Below are positions 47,814-60,277 of a stretch of DNA of 64,000 bases, in pieces. Positions within the stretch are counted from its first letter, which is position 1. Each line of letters opens with the position of its first letter. Source of the stretch: Macrostomum lignano (lineage: Eukaryota); the NCBI GenBank assembly GCA_002269645.1, contig NIVC01000237.1, forward strand, positions 529,153 through 593,152. Reading direction: 5' to 3'. Below the pieces are notes generated by a model that searched no databases, was not told where the DNA came from, and was given only the letters and a program-made list of their open reading frames with translations. The translations under genes were made by a program, and so were the position numbers.

Positions 47814-50246
47814 GCAGGCCCCGGCAAGCTCTCGCATCACTGAACTCCAGGAAGACAATGCCCCAGCCTAAGCTGTTTGTTTGTTTGGTTATAAAAGCAA
47901 CTTATTGATAAAATAGGCACCTTTGCTACTCAGTTTGCTGAGCTTCTGTACCTTGTTATGCTACCCTCTTTTTTACTTTTTATAATAATAATAACAAATA
48001 GTAAGTAATCTATCGCAAGCATTGTTTACTCAGTTACAAGACGTTGCCATGGTAACTAAATTCTAAGCAGGCTATAAAAATGCACTTAATTTCAGCGTGT
48101 ATTGAATGCTCCCCACTCTCAATTACTGCAATTGTCTGTCTCGATGCCAGCCCTGGCTTGAATTTTCGATCAACTTTCCTTTCCAATAAATTTTTAATGA
48201 GGAATTCTAACCGAAGGCAATGAATGCAATTTGAGTCGCAGAAGAAATCCTACTTTTTTGACGCAATTTCTTTTGCCTTTGCCTGCTTCTTCTCTCAACT
48301 GCAGCCAATATACTAGTACTAGTAGCTTCAGTGCTGGTTTCTCGTCCCCCACTTCAACATTAATTTCTTTGCTTCTGCCTTTAGTAGCAGCTTCTCCGTG
48401 TGCTTTATACATCGCGAATTGGCCGTTTAAGTGATAAATAAAACAGTTGTTAATCATATTGACAGTTAAATACACATTCTGTCAGCCTGCTCTTAGGACA
48501 CAGTTTATTATCTCTATGCTGAACACATTTTTCATGATTACTTTTTCGCGATTCTTATTTCGTTATTAGTTTATAGCATTATGCTAGAAATCTAGCAATC
48601 TTCGGGGCGCCCAAAAAGCAAGGGACAGAAATTATTTATGTGAATCCTATTTGCCTTCAGTCTGAGCAATTCCCCCGTAAGTCTTGTCATCTCAGCAATT
48701 CCTCCAGTAAGCCTTGACAACTCATCAATTCCCTTAGTAAGCACCCCCCCCCAGATAGCATGAAGCTAGTAAAATAATCCCTTTTTCATCTAGTGCAGTA
48801 ATCCTTTACTCATTAAGTGCCATAATCCTTTAATAAGTCATTTAATAAAAGCTTTTATAATAAAGTTTACACTATCAATATTCGAACCCAAGTCGCTACA
48901 TTAGCAGTTCAGTCTGGTCATATCTAGGCTAGCTCTCATCGAATTTACAATATAAATTGTAGCACTTATAATTCAACACTCGCACCAAGTCAGTAAAAGT
49001 CACACGAAGCAGTTATGACAATCAAGTGTCAGTTTCAATTAAATTAACAATGTGCTTATCTAAATCAAGTCTCGCTCGCACTATACTTTTCATTGTTTTC
49101 AACAATTTGTAATAATTCAAGTCGGAGTTACAATTCAGTTGTGATGCGCATCAACTTTTTCAGAATCAGAATTCAACCAGTCAGGTTTTTCAGTTATCGG
49201 TTATTCTAATTTTTAACCCTAAAACTGACCCTAACCCCTAATCCTAACTCCTAACACCATGGGTGAGTCTTAGCATCTTAGCAATCCCCCCGTAAGCCTT
49301 GAACTGTTAGCAATCCTCCCAAGAGCCTTGGCATCTCAGCAACTCCCCAATGACTCAATGAGCCACAGCATTTCGCAGGTTCCCCGTGCCGTTCAGGCAA
49401 CGAATCCATTTAACCAATGAAAACGTCGATTTCCGGTCAGAGAACAGGAATATACGAAATATCGGGGAGCTTATCCGAATATCAAGCGTTTATAAAGGCT
49501 GACTAGTAAAAAAATGCTAGCCAAATGTTAACGATTTAGTAGACTACTTTAAATTTAATTTAAGATAGATTCTCCACTTTGCAGCGTCCACAAAAACTGA
49601 ACGCACTGGGAAAACTTTTTGTCAGCCCCGTCTGGATTGGTGTTAAATTTCAGGGTTTGCAGAGTATCAGAGTCTAAGATCAATGTTTGCATGTCACACC
49701 AACCCGGATGCCAACCTCACAAGTGAAGAAGCTGCTACATGTAGATTGCTCATTTGAGTTTCAAATAATAAAGCCTAACCTGGCTTTGGATTGGGCAAAA
49801 CTGACTAAAGGAATTCGCACAATTTTATTGATACAATTCTGTATAAAAATGCACGGGTGCCAACTGCAGTATCCAGATCAGGTTCCACAAGGTAAATTCA
49901 GAGCAGCAACGCCAAGCTTTGGGACTGCTGCGGTAGTATTTAATCAATTGTGCAGAATAGTATGAGCTTTCTGTCCCTCGAAAGGCCAAGGGGTGTCTGG
50001 GACTGAAAGAGAAGCTAGGGGAGGGGGAGGAGAGAAATGGGGAGGCTACCGGTTCTACTGAGGATGCTTAGTGGTTGCCAGGGGCAACAATGAAATAAAC
50101 AAAGCTCCACGGCTATTGTCTCTGTGAGGGCTTTTAGAGTCCCGCGGCGGCGGTAGTTTCCTGGCTTTCCGCAGGAGAAAACTTTCCTAATCCCTTACCT
50201 CAAGAGTCTGCATTCGACAATTGAAACTCACTACTAGCGGCTGGAG

Positions 50247-51569
50247 ATGTTCGGCAAATTGTTGATGATGGCGACTGCGCTATCAGTGATCTTCATCGCG
50301 GCTCAGGCTGCAGGTAAGCAATATGTTATACCTTCGTAAAGCGGAATTGAGCACGTCAGGCTCTCTAACGAATTGCAGAAACGATCAAAGTCGTGTGGTT
50401 TTCGAAGTCATCGAAGACTCAAAATGAAATTCCAGAGTTCTCTATCCAGCCGGTGAGCGAACCGATTGCGAGCTCTGGCTATAAAACTTTGCCGGGTCGC
50501 AATGAGAGAGACTGCGCGATGAAGTGCGAGTTGCTGGGCAGCCTGGTGTGCTCAGCCGTCTCATTCGTGCGGGAATCTGGTCTCTGCCTGCTGTCTGCCG
50601 TGCGGAATGCCAGCTTCGGAGCTGCTGGCGGCGGCAGCCAGGTGTTTCGGCGCACTGCCGGCGGGCTGGAGCCGTGTGAGTTTGAGCTCCAATCCATTTA
50701 AATTAAGATAATGATTGAATGCCCTCATGCCGTTCTCAGATTTCATCACGATTTCATTTTTATTTAAACAGGTAGCAACTAATTGTTTTCTAGCGTGAAC
50801 TCGAGGATTATAAAAATTCAGTAGTCACCCCGCACTGTTGTCTGAACAACATGATTACACGCAAGACCCCATGACATTGCATAACTAGTGCCTACACTGT
50901 CTTACTAGAAATGTTTTTTTGACTTTCCAGACATCGTGGGCGACAGGGTATTCTACCTGATTCTGCAGCGCCTCAGTGGCAACGTGAGCTTCGCCAGGAA
51001 CTGGACTGAGTACGAGAACGGATTTGGAGACAGCTCTGATTTCTGGATTGGTGAGTCCACATTCGGTTTGAAGTAACCTCTGTTCGATTGTCTTGGATTT
51101 GCTCTTAACCTTCGTTTTGAAAACAAATTGAAAATTTCTTTTAGGTCTTCGCATAATTAACGAGCTGACGGGCAGCACGCCCAGGCTTCTGAGAGTGGAA
51201 GCTGTGACCTGGGCAGGTGTTTTCTCTGCATGCGAGTACACCAACTTCACCGTGGCGGGTGCCAGCACCAACTACGCCATGACCTTCGGTTCGTACATCA
51301 ACTCAAACATGAGCTCGGACTCGCTGACCTACCACAAAGGCATGCAGTTCTCCACCACTGACCGGGATAACGATCATCGCAGCTCTTCCTGCTCTAATAC
51401 TTATGGATATGGCGGCTGGTGGTTCTACAGTTGCTTTATTGCTAACCCGACCGGCCAGTTCCGCTACTCCACTGCATCCGACTCAACAGGCATGATTTGG
51501 AAAGGTGCAGCCACATCGTCAAGCTCAGAACCACTGAAGAGCATTCGGCTTATGGTTCAGCTGGTTTGA
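50247..51569 (+). CDS. Secreted PAN/apple + fibrinogen C-terminal domain protein (FReD/FReP-like), 4 exons, about 302 aa
   Basis: Exons 50247-50313 (signal peptide MFGKLLMMATALSVIFIAAQAA), 50379-50675 (DCAMKC..VCSAVSF..GLCLL, PAN), 50931-51050 (LQRLSGNVSFARNWTEYENGFG..FWIG) and 51145-51569 (YHKGMQFSTTDRDND..C..GGWWFYSC). All introns are phase 1 and the total is 909 nt. Confidence 0.9.
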
Positions 51570-53269
51570 TGAGGCCTGCAGCCGGCCGCGGTAGATGATG
51601 AATACGGAAAATTATCTGAGCTGAACTTTGATCTCGTTGAAGAAATTGAACTGTGTTTTTTGAGTGAGTAGTCTGTTTGTTAAGTTGTCAGAAAATCGAA
51701 TGCTGTTATTGCTTTGGTAAACATTTATTGATGATTTAAACAAAATTGTTTCTGTAAAACAGTCAAGAGTCTTTTTACGTAGCGAACTTGTCAAGAATTT
51801 CAAATTCGGTACTTTTTAGAACAATAAAATTTTTCCTTGTTATAAATTCTCTTTGTTATAAGCATATGCGTGATATATATATTTTCTACCATTATACAAA
51901 ATTATCTTCTTTGAAATTCCAGTTTTATGCTCTGACTAATCGATTGTGACAAATTTAATTTCTGGAAAAAAGCAAGTTTCCCTGCGACTATACCCTACAC
52001 CACCTTAATAAATCCTATACGTCCGACACGCTTTCCTACATCGGTTCTTATTTGACTACAAAAATCAAGTGGCTTATAGGTAGTGTTCGTCTTGGTTTTT
52101 TCATCAAGGACCATACTATGAGTACATAAGGGTTACTTCGAGCTCAAAGAAGCACCGGCAGCAAAAAGAGTTGTAACATTCCCTCCATAACTCCTGAGCT
52201 GAAATCATACACAAAACTCACTCACACGAGCCACCATCTTAGTCAGAGCTGGCCCTTTGATCCTGCAGCCTAATCTTTTAAATTTTTCTCATTGATTTGC
52301 AGACCACCTACCAATCAAAAGGCGGCTCACTGGAGCAGTGAGAAGTTAAATGTCTCGGCATGGTTGAGGCTATCAAATAACCAACAGTGACGTAAATGGA
52401 TATCGATTGGGCCAGGGACTTATAAAATACGAGCGTATGCTATCTGGAGTGGAAATTACTGATGTCTCTGACATGGATGGACAGGATTATCGATTGATGC
52501 CACTCATCATTTTGGGGGCATAGCTTGGGCTATCCTCAGCAACAGTCCAAACTGAGAAAAAAACAATTGAATTTTGAGGGCCTGCGTTTCCAGCAAGAAT
52601 ACTATGGCAGAGGTCTACGGTTGGGCGATTCCGTGGTCGGCTGCTCTGCTCATCTCATCCAGCAGGTTAGGCTGCTGGTTGAAGAATTTCTTACAGCCTC
52701 AGCAGAGGTATTGCAGGCCGCGTGACTCCTGCCCAGGAGCCTTATGACTGCGTATTGATTATTTGGAGCCTTCCACAGCCTTGCCGGAGAAGCCGCTGGG
52801 TCACTGGCGCCAAAACCTCCTCCCAACTCATCTAAGAACAAGGGAAGGCTCCTCCTGCCTCTCTTTGCACAGCAGAATGCCTTCAAGCCTTAAGAATAAC
52901 TACCCCCCCCCCGCATAACTGGCATAGCTGCATGGCCTCGCTCGATTGAGAAGCCGATTAAATGCGTTGAAATGCTCGACTGCTATGAAACTGTTATATA
53001 GGAGTGGAGACTTTCCGTGCATGGCTATGTACTTTTTCGTGACAATAACACGCGCGTGGGATGCGTTTTAATGTCATTTTAGACGTTACGCAACGGCAAG
53101 TTAAACAATAACGAAGGGTAAAATTTATTTTTCGATGCTAGCAAAACTCCGGGAAACTGTTCAACAAAGCAATTGTGTGTAAATCAGTTAATACCCGGCC
53201 TACACAGTTACGTCACTCAAAAAGAATGTCGATCAGATTGAGACTGCCGCCAATGTTCACTTTCATCTT

Positions 53270-53940
53270 CTTTGACGGGGAAGCCTGCAAACGTAGTGCG
53301 CCAAACGTAGTGCACCAAACGTAGTGCGCACAGGCTCTTGATAAACATCCACACATTCCTCCAGCGTAGCCTCGCATATTGTGGTTGGACAAGCTAGGTG
53401 AACAGTCTCATTAGTTTCGGAAACTGTATGATTCAGCGCCTGATCCACAGCCAGAGATGCCCTATACAAACTGCGATCACGACGTCTCGATAAGTAGCGC
53501 TTAGCAGGTACGCTCACACTTTTGTTGCCCAGTAATGAGCATGATCTCCTGCACAGTCTGACCACAGGGATCCAGTTCGAACACTCTAGTTACTCTGCAG
53601 TTTAAGAAAGGTTGGCAACTTATTTGTCTAGATGCAAATGTGTTCACAGAGAAACATTATGAAATGATGGGCAAAAGCACAGGTCTACTACCTACCTTAG
53701 TAAGGCCTGCTTTCTCACTAACGTTCTTCATAAACTCTTGAAGATAGCGAAAGCCTCTAGCAGTTTTCTCGGAGAATCTATAGCGGTTCCCATCTCAACT
53801 GTCTTAATGACTTGGGCATGAATGACGTGAAAATCAAGTCGAACTCGTCGGATGGCACTCCTGATATCTCACCATTCGATATAGCTCCGTAGTTAACTGG
53901 AGGAGGCGGAAATTTTCCCACTGTAGGTGGCTCTACGTCT
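53270..53940 (-). pseudogene. Probable Crypton-like tyrosine-recombinase remnant (frameshifted, internally deleted)
   Basis: Minus-strand fragments in several frames: LRSYIEWW, EFDLIFTSFMPKSLRQ/DGNRY, RGFRYLQEFMKNVSEKAGLTK followed by a GTAGGT donor, QEIMLITG and NKSVSVPAKRYL. These resemble recalled Crypton/DUF3504 motifs (EL..L..F....R..DG..Y; M..IS..AGL; IM..TGH.S..Y). Confidence 0.42.
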
Positions 53941-54387
53941 GTCGAAGTTGACAATAAATTAATATAAGAACGAGCGGTTAGCGGGTGAGGAATCAGAAGA
54001 AGAAAAGCAGGGGTGAAAGGCCGAAGCCGCGAGCTGAACTTAAATTTATACTAACATAGCGAACAGGGTAGCTGAAATGTCTGTCAAATTTACGGTTATG
54101 ATAGTCTGTGGGAAAAGGCGTGGTAGACGAAGGGAGTTGGCTATCTGAAAAGTACGAGCGCTGTATTGCCAAACAGAAATTACAAATATTTAGAGAATGG
54201 AAATCCGACAGCGTCAGCCATGGCGATTTCGCTTGCGTACATAAAAGATGCAAGCAATCAAATCTACTAAGGCTATCTGCTCAACTCTCTTAACTTTCTA
54301 TCTCTCTTTACGAGCTATGGGGTAAAAAACTACAGAGCGTATTAATTTCGATGTGGACCATAGACAAAAAATTATTTATATTTTACT

Positions 54388-55260
54388 TGTAGAAAGTGGG
54401 GTCCTCGCCCCACACCCCCGTTCTCACTCTCCCCTACCTCGACTTCTTCTGGCGTCAACTATAATGCCATTGAAGTACTTGTGGTTTTCTCGGGGTGGCC
54501 TGGTAGGTCTTTGAATTCCACCGCTGCCACCAGTGAAGTACTTATGGTTGTCCTGCTGTCTAGCACAGTGATTTGGGCTCTCCGTCTTCTCAACTGGAAG
54601 CCTTCTATTTGCTCTTAGTAGCGTAGGTAGTGCTGCCACCAGTTCCTTCAGGTCTCGGCCTTGGGTGAGGTGAGCTTCCCGTCGGAACGAAATAACAAGT
54701 CAACGAACTCAGCACAGCGTGCAGATTTGCAGATTAATGAACAAGGCGTCCTGGTCAGCAGATCCTGCTGGGCTCAGGGGGTGACTGGGAAGGCAGTGCT
54801 AGCCTCCCTTAGGCTTGGGCGTCTAAGTTTAGTCAGGCCAATGGGTAACTGAACGAAGTCAACAAGAAGAAGAATAAGAAGACAATAAGAAGACTAATTC
54901 GACAACTAGGAGATTAAGAAGACAAAATTCTTGACTGAACCAAGGGTGAGGGGCACGTATTTATAGGCAGGAAATCCCCGCTGCGCCAGTGTGCGCCGGA
55001 CCTCGTGACTCTGGTCTATTTTTAGAAATGACGTCACTCTCTGCCTTAGAGAAGGCAGAGTCTGCGGGTATAGTGCACAGGGCCGCATGACTCAGTATCT
55101 ATTTTTAGAAACATGAGTCACCTATTACCTTAGAGAAGGCAAGGGCCCCGAAGCACGTGATTCCTCCTGTAAACACGGGCCAACGAGTGCAGTAAGCATA
55201 TTAACTGCACTTTAGGACTTCGAGAAAACAAGACTTGTCAGGTGACTTGCTTACATGACA
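54388..55260 (-). promoter_or_regulatory. LTR-like promoter module (TATA plus duplicated CRE/AP-1 block)
   Basis: TG/CA-type candidate ends. Minus-strand TATAAATA at about 54958-54965. An imperfect duplication of about 80 nt (CTATTTTTAGAAA..CCTTAGAGAAGGCA) carries TGACGTCA (55029) and TGAGTCA (55114). No TSD or partner LTR was found. Confidence 0.35.
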
Positions 55261-56534
55261 AGGGAAACAGGCCGCCAGCGTGACCTCAGGACAGGAACGA
55301 AACGCAGCGCAGGCCACAGCAGAGAAGCTCGTGACTGCAAGCAAGAGCGCAGAGAAGAGGGGGGCGCCAGAGAACAGGCAGCAAAAGGGGAGGGAGGCTG
55401 CCCAGCGGCGGGTAAAGTGCAGACAGCAAACCCAGGGCGAGGGCGAGGGCGAAGGAAGCTGCTGACAATAGTGCGACGCCTAACACCAAACTAGCGGATC
55501 ACTACACCATAGACGAAAGCGCATAGCAATGATTCTATCGCGCTCAAGCGCTAATAACACTAACACTCAAAAATCGTGCAGAATAATATTGATGTAACCG
55601 CCCTTGTCGCCTGTCCGCTCCGTAGAGAGACGAACGCATGGCTAGAGGGGGCAATGACCGTAGGCTGCCTATGACCGGGCAATGACCTGACGGACCTCCA
55701 GCACCAGACTGTCCCGCCCACATGATTAGTAGCTTTGGTAGCGCTTCGTGACCAGAGGGCCAAGGACCCACATGGACCCCACCTGTAGCCAAGGTGCAAT
55801 AGTTGGTCACTCGGTCATGGTATGACCGAGTGGCTGCCACCACTCTATGTGACCTGGCGCACCTGGATCTTTCTACCAGACCTCTCGAGGCTAGAGCCCC
55901 GCCTGGATTGGTTACCAGGGGATTTAGGCTAACAGGGGAGACGCATGCAGCCGAGTACAGGGACTCTGCTTGGGGCATGATCGGGAACTCTGGGCTCAAT
56001 CCTGGAGGATTTCTCAGCAGGGGATCCTTTGTGGCTGTGAGCGAGGCTGACTTGCGACTTTGATTACTAAGAGTAGTATGAGGCGAACATGTACTGTCTA
56101 CAGTTTAGATTGCTCAGGGCGAAGGGACGCGTTAGCATGGGGTTGCAACCTTCCTACTGCCATTCTGTGCCAAGACTCGCTAATCCCTCTACTGCACGCA
56201 CACGCGGCCCCGCAGCACGCACTCACAGGCGGGCTTTGCACGGGGAGAGGCCATTAGCTTACCCAAACTTCCTTATGCTTTGCCACCCCGGGAGAAAGGC
56301 TTAGCAAGCCATGAGTGAAATGATGGTGAAAGATTGAATAATGATGAAGTTAGTTAATAGTTAATAATTAGGCCCTTAGGCAAATAAGCAGGCAATTAGG
56401 CGGCTTCACTATTGAGTAAAATACAGCAAAAGATACGGTATCACAATTGGCTCAGCTCTCTAATCAGACAATGGAAAATAGGCAAACCCCGGATAAGCAA
56501 AGGCAATTAGAGCACAAATTAGTAGTAGGAACTT

Positions 56535-58519
56535 ACCGGCAGCTGCACAGAGAGAGAGAGAGGCGGAGTGACCGAGGGCGGCTGTAGGCTGCAGTCAGGC
56601 AGACGGTGAAGCGGCGATGCGCTGGAGCGACGAGGCGCTGATGTAGATCAGGCGATGCTGATGATGCTGGGCGGTATCAGACCGCTGGCCGATAGGCGAG
56701 CTCACTTGGGGAGCTAAGGATAACTTGGCGGTAACAGACCGCGGACCGGCAGGGATTCGTCTTATAGACGAATGGGTCAGAACTCAATCTGACAGCAAGT
56801 CCAAAGAAGGACGAGGAGAGGAACAGAGATAAACTCAGTTGAGTATTCTCATGCCGAAATCGCTTCCTTTTATAGACCTCACAGCCGCCTCCTCAAGGTC
56901 GTTACCATGGCTCCCTCTCTCTGATTGGCTGCCGGCAGAATGACGTCAGAATGAGTCATGATGAGAAGCATGAGACCGGCATAGCAACATGAGAAATCGG
57001 GAAATTGCGCAATCCGGAGGTGGGGTGGGGGGATAATTGGCGCAGCGGGTGGTCGCGAAAGTGTTGCGCAAGCAAACATTGAGAACAATAGGGCTGGGGT
57101 CGAGAACAAAGGAATTGGAAATCGGGGATAATTGGGGAAAACTGAGAACAATGGAAAAGTAAACATTGGAGAAAAGGTGATAATTAGGTGCGAAAACGAG
57201 AACAAAAGAAAGAGAAAATCGGAGAAAATGTGATAATTGGTGGGGGTCGAGAGAACAAAAGAAGCAAAAACGAGAACAATAGAAGCGGAGGTGGGGTGGG
57301 TGTCACATGAGAAATTTGGGAAGGAGAACAATAGCGTGAGAAAAGGTTGCGCAAGAGAGGGGGATGAGTCATCGATGAGTCACCGAGGGGGAGAAGGGGT
57401 CACACGACTTGCGTCACCGTTTGGGAGTTTGAGAGGGGATGGGGAGACGGTGAGCACACAAAGTACTGTAAGTAGACACAGGGAAAGAGGGGACAGCGCA
57501 GGAAAAGAGTGCAGAGGGAGACAAAAAAAGGAGGAGGTAGAGAAAGTACAGGAAGAATAGGGCGGGAACAGAAGAGATAGGGTAGAGGGGGAGGTACAGA
57601 AAGGGGTAGGGGCTCCGGAAAGGCAGGTGTGGCGGCAGGAGAGACGGGACCAAGGCAGCAGGAGGGGTGCAGCAGAGCGGGAGTCTCCAGGCCCGGTCGG
57701 AGACCTGGCCGAGTCTCGACAGCTCTGTGCAGAGGGTGCACGGGATAGGAGGCACTTTCGAAAAAGTTCCCATGCCCTATCCCGCGACCAGAGCGTGGTT
57801 ACATCACACCCCCACTGCCTTTTGTGACGGAACTGGTTCCGTCATCATCACTGCCCAACATGGAACCACACAGACGGGAGCGGGATCTCAACCGAACGTG
57901 AAATCACAGAATTAACAAACCGCGAGCGGGAATGGAAAAAGGCGATAAAATAGAGGGGATAGCAATAAATTCACAAAACGAGATACATAGGTTGGAGTGC
58001 AATACAGAATTTCAAAAATTTCAACTGTTGCTGTGGCTAAAGTGGGAGGGGGAAACACAGACAGCGCAATAGTAGGGAGAAAAATAGCGAATTGTCAACA
58101 ATAAATTATCATAATTGGATAGAAGCGCAGCTGGGAAAGAGAGGAAACGGGGAAGGGTGAGGGAAGTGGGGAAAAAGAAGGGGGGAAGGGTTGCTAGCAC
58201 ACAGCCAAGGGCAGAGCCTCGGGGAGAATGACGATTACACAGGGGAAAAATACTAATGCAGCGCAGTAAATTAATAAGCTAATTTCGCCGGGAGTTCAAC
58301 CGCACGGAGGCCTAGCGTCCTTGAAGGCTCGGACCCCGCTTCAGCCAGTCAGAGGGCTTCGGGGCGATCGGTTGTAGGCTGGGAGGCGCCGCGTCGTGCG
58401 CTGGCCACTGTATAAAAGGCGCCACTGATAACGGGAGCCGGCTGCCTGCAACCTACACGGAGTCGCAGTTTCCAACCAAGGCACTCAGCGCGATTTTCCA
58501 AACTATACAACTACTCGGT
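56535..58519. promoter_or_regulatory. Divergent TATA promoters, each followed by a short exon and a GTAAGT donor
   Basis: Minus: TATAAAA at 56868-56874, donor after 56537. Plus: TATAAAA at 58411, donor after 58517. Between them lie TGACGTCA (56941), TGAGTCA (56952, 57365, 57376) and a strongly purine-skewed spacer. Confidence 0.45.
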
Positions 58520-59284
58520 AAGTCCCATCACCATCCTGATTTCCTTTCGCCTATACGTTAAACGAAATCTACCCACTCGCCATGCCTTTCGTTTTAAACT
58601 GAGCCAATTGCAGTAATAATATATGGCCTTTCTTACGGTAAAAGTAGTGAGCAGCCAACACAGAGCCATTTTTAGGAATTTTTAGAATAATGACACAACA
58701 ATGACTCGTATATTGGTTATTAAAGTTTAAAAATGAATATTATGGAAGAACCGAATATTAATAGGATAATTTCACACACACACACACGACAAACACACAA
58801 CGCAAGGGGGCGGAAAGGCGGGTCGGACCGGCCGGCGGACGTCGCTCAGCAGGCAGAAGCATCCTTACTCGAAATGGGCCTCTTGATTTAGCTGGTACGG
58901 GCCATATGCCCGCTGCCACCATTTTGAGAGAGGTTGCTAGGGAAAACTGCCACCAATTGTACATTAACAGGGAAGAGAAAGAGGGAACCCGTCACCACTT
59001 AGAGTGGATTGCCCGGGGAAACTGCCACCATTTGCCCTTCTACCAGAGGAGAGGAAGACGAAAAACTGCCATCACTTAGAGGTGTATCATTAAAAGAAGG
59101 CGGGGAAGAAGGCTACCACTACTTGATCACCTAGAGCTCAAGGGGAGGAGAGGGAATGAAGAAAGGAAGAAACCCCCAGGAAGGCCACTACCACACGCCA
59201 TAAAGTTAAAATCCCCATCTATCTACATCCTAATGCCCGGCTAGTTCCCTACTTCTATTTCATCCCTTAAATTCTCATTTTCAG

Positions 59285-59691
59285 GATTCCGGCCGCTAGT
59301 AGCCGAGCCCATCCTTGAAGAGAAGTCCGACTACGAAGCGCCCGAAGACAGCCATTCAGAGCCGGACGCCCCCTCTGATTCTGGGCCGGCTGCGCCATCT
59401 GGTGGCATAGGCGCCGCGGCTCCCGGGCCATGCGACCGCCGGGCCGCCAGCGAACCAGCGTCCGGGGCCGGTTGGCATCCGGTACCACCGCCGTTGTCAG
59501 CCCGAGCGCACGCTCCGCCGCCGGTCGCCGCGGTGACGCCCGTGGCTGCCGCTCCACAGCCCTTGCCAACCCCTGTGGTGGAGACCGACGGCTCCTGGCA
59601 TTTGGTCGTGCTGTCGACGGCCCTAATAGCCGGTCTCACAATGCACTGGCTACTGCTCTTGGAGCTATTTCTGCGGCTTCCCAACTGCTGA
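59285..59691 (+). CDS. Candidate exon encoding a Pro/Ala/Ser-rich peptide with a C-terminal hydrophobic segment
   Basis: Pyrimidine-rich acceptor (..TTCTCATTTTCAG) at 59284. Stop-free 134-codon frame 59287-59691 ending WHLVVLSTALIAGLTMHWLLLLELFLRLPNC. No ATG start was located. Confidence 0.4.
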
Positions 59692-60277
59692 TGCTGGTGG
59701 TTCTTAATGCTTACTTACTAATTCTGAACTATCTGTCCCCATAACTTGACTTTAATTACTTACCTGACTTTACATTGACTAAACCACTGGCCTACTCTAA
59801 ACTAATTGCTGCCCCATTTGCCTGATAAACTTAATTACATTGAAGGCCCCCCCCCTATTGCCTCATCGAAACCAATTAAAAGTTTCCAAAATCGGACTTT
59901 CACAAAGTGTGAACAAACACACGAAATCAGACCTAAAGGTGCTAATTTCCTACGGTCCCAGACTTCCATTGTTCCCAGAAAATCTTGAACAGCGGGCAGG
60001 ACCTCCTGTGGAGCAGACCCATAGAAATTTTACTAGTTTCCAAGTTAATATTTACTGATAGGGAATTAACGCATACTGTACGGGCCTAATTTTCGAGCTA
60101 AAATCTTAGATATTTAAACAACACCAACGAGCACGAGGTCACAACATTAATTCGAGTAATAGAGGGCATACGTAAATACGCGAAAAGCGGTCTCCAACGG
60201 GGCAACACGAGCAAAATTTCGACACGCGAATCGGGGGGGGGGATTAAGCAATCACTGGCTAGCTACCGGTCTGTTAC

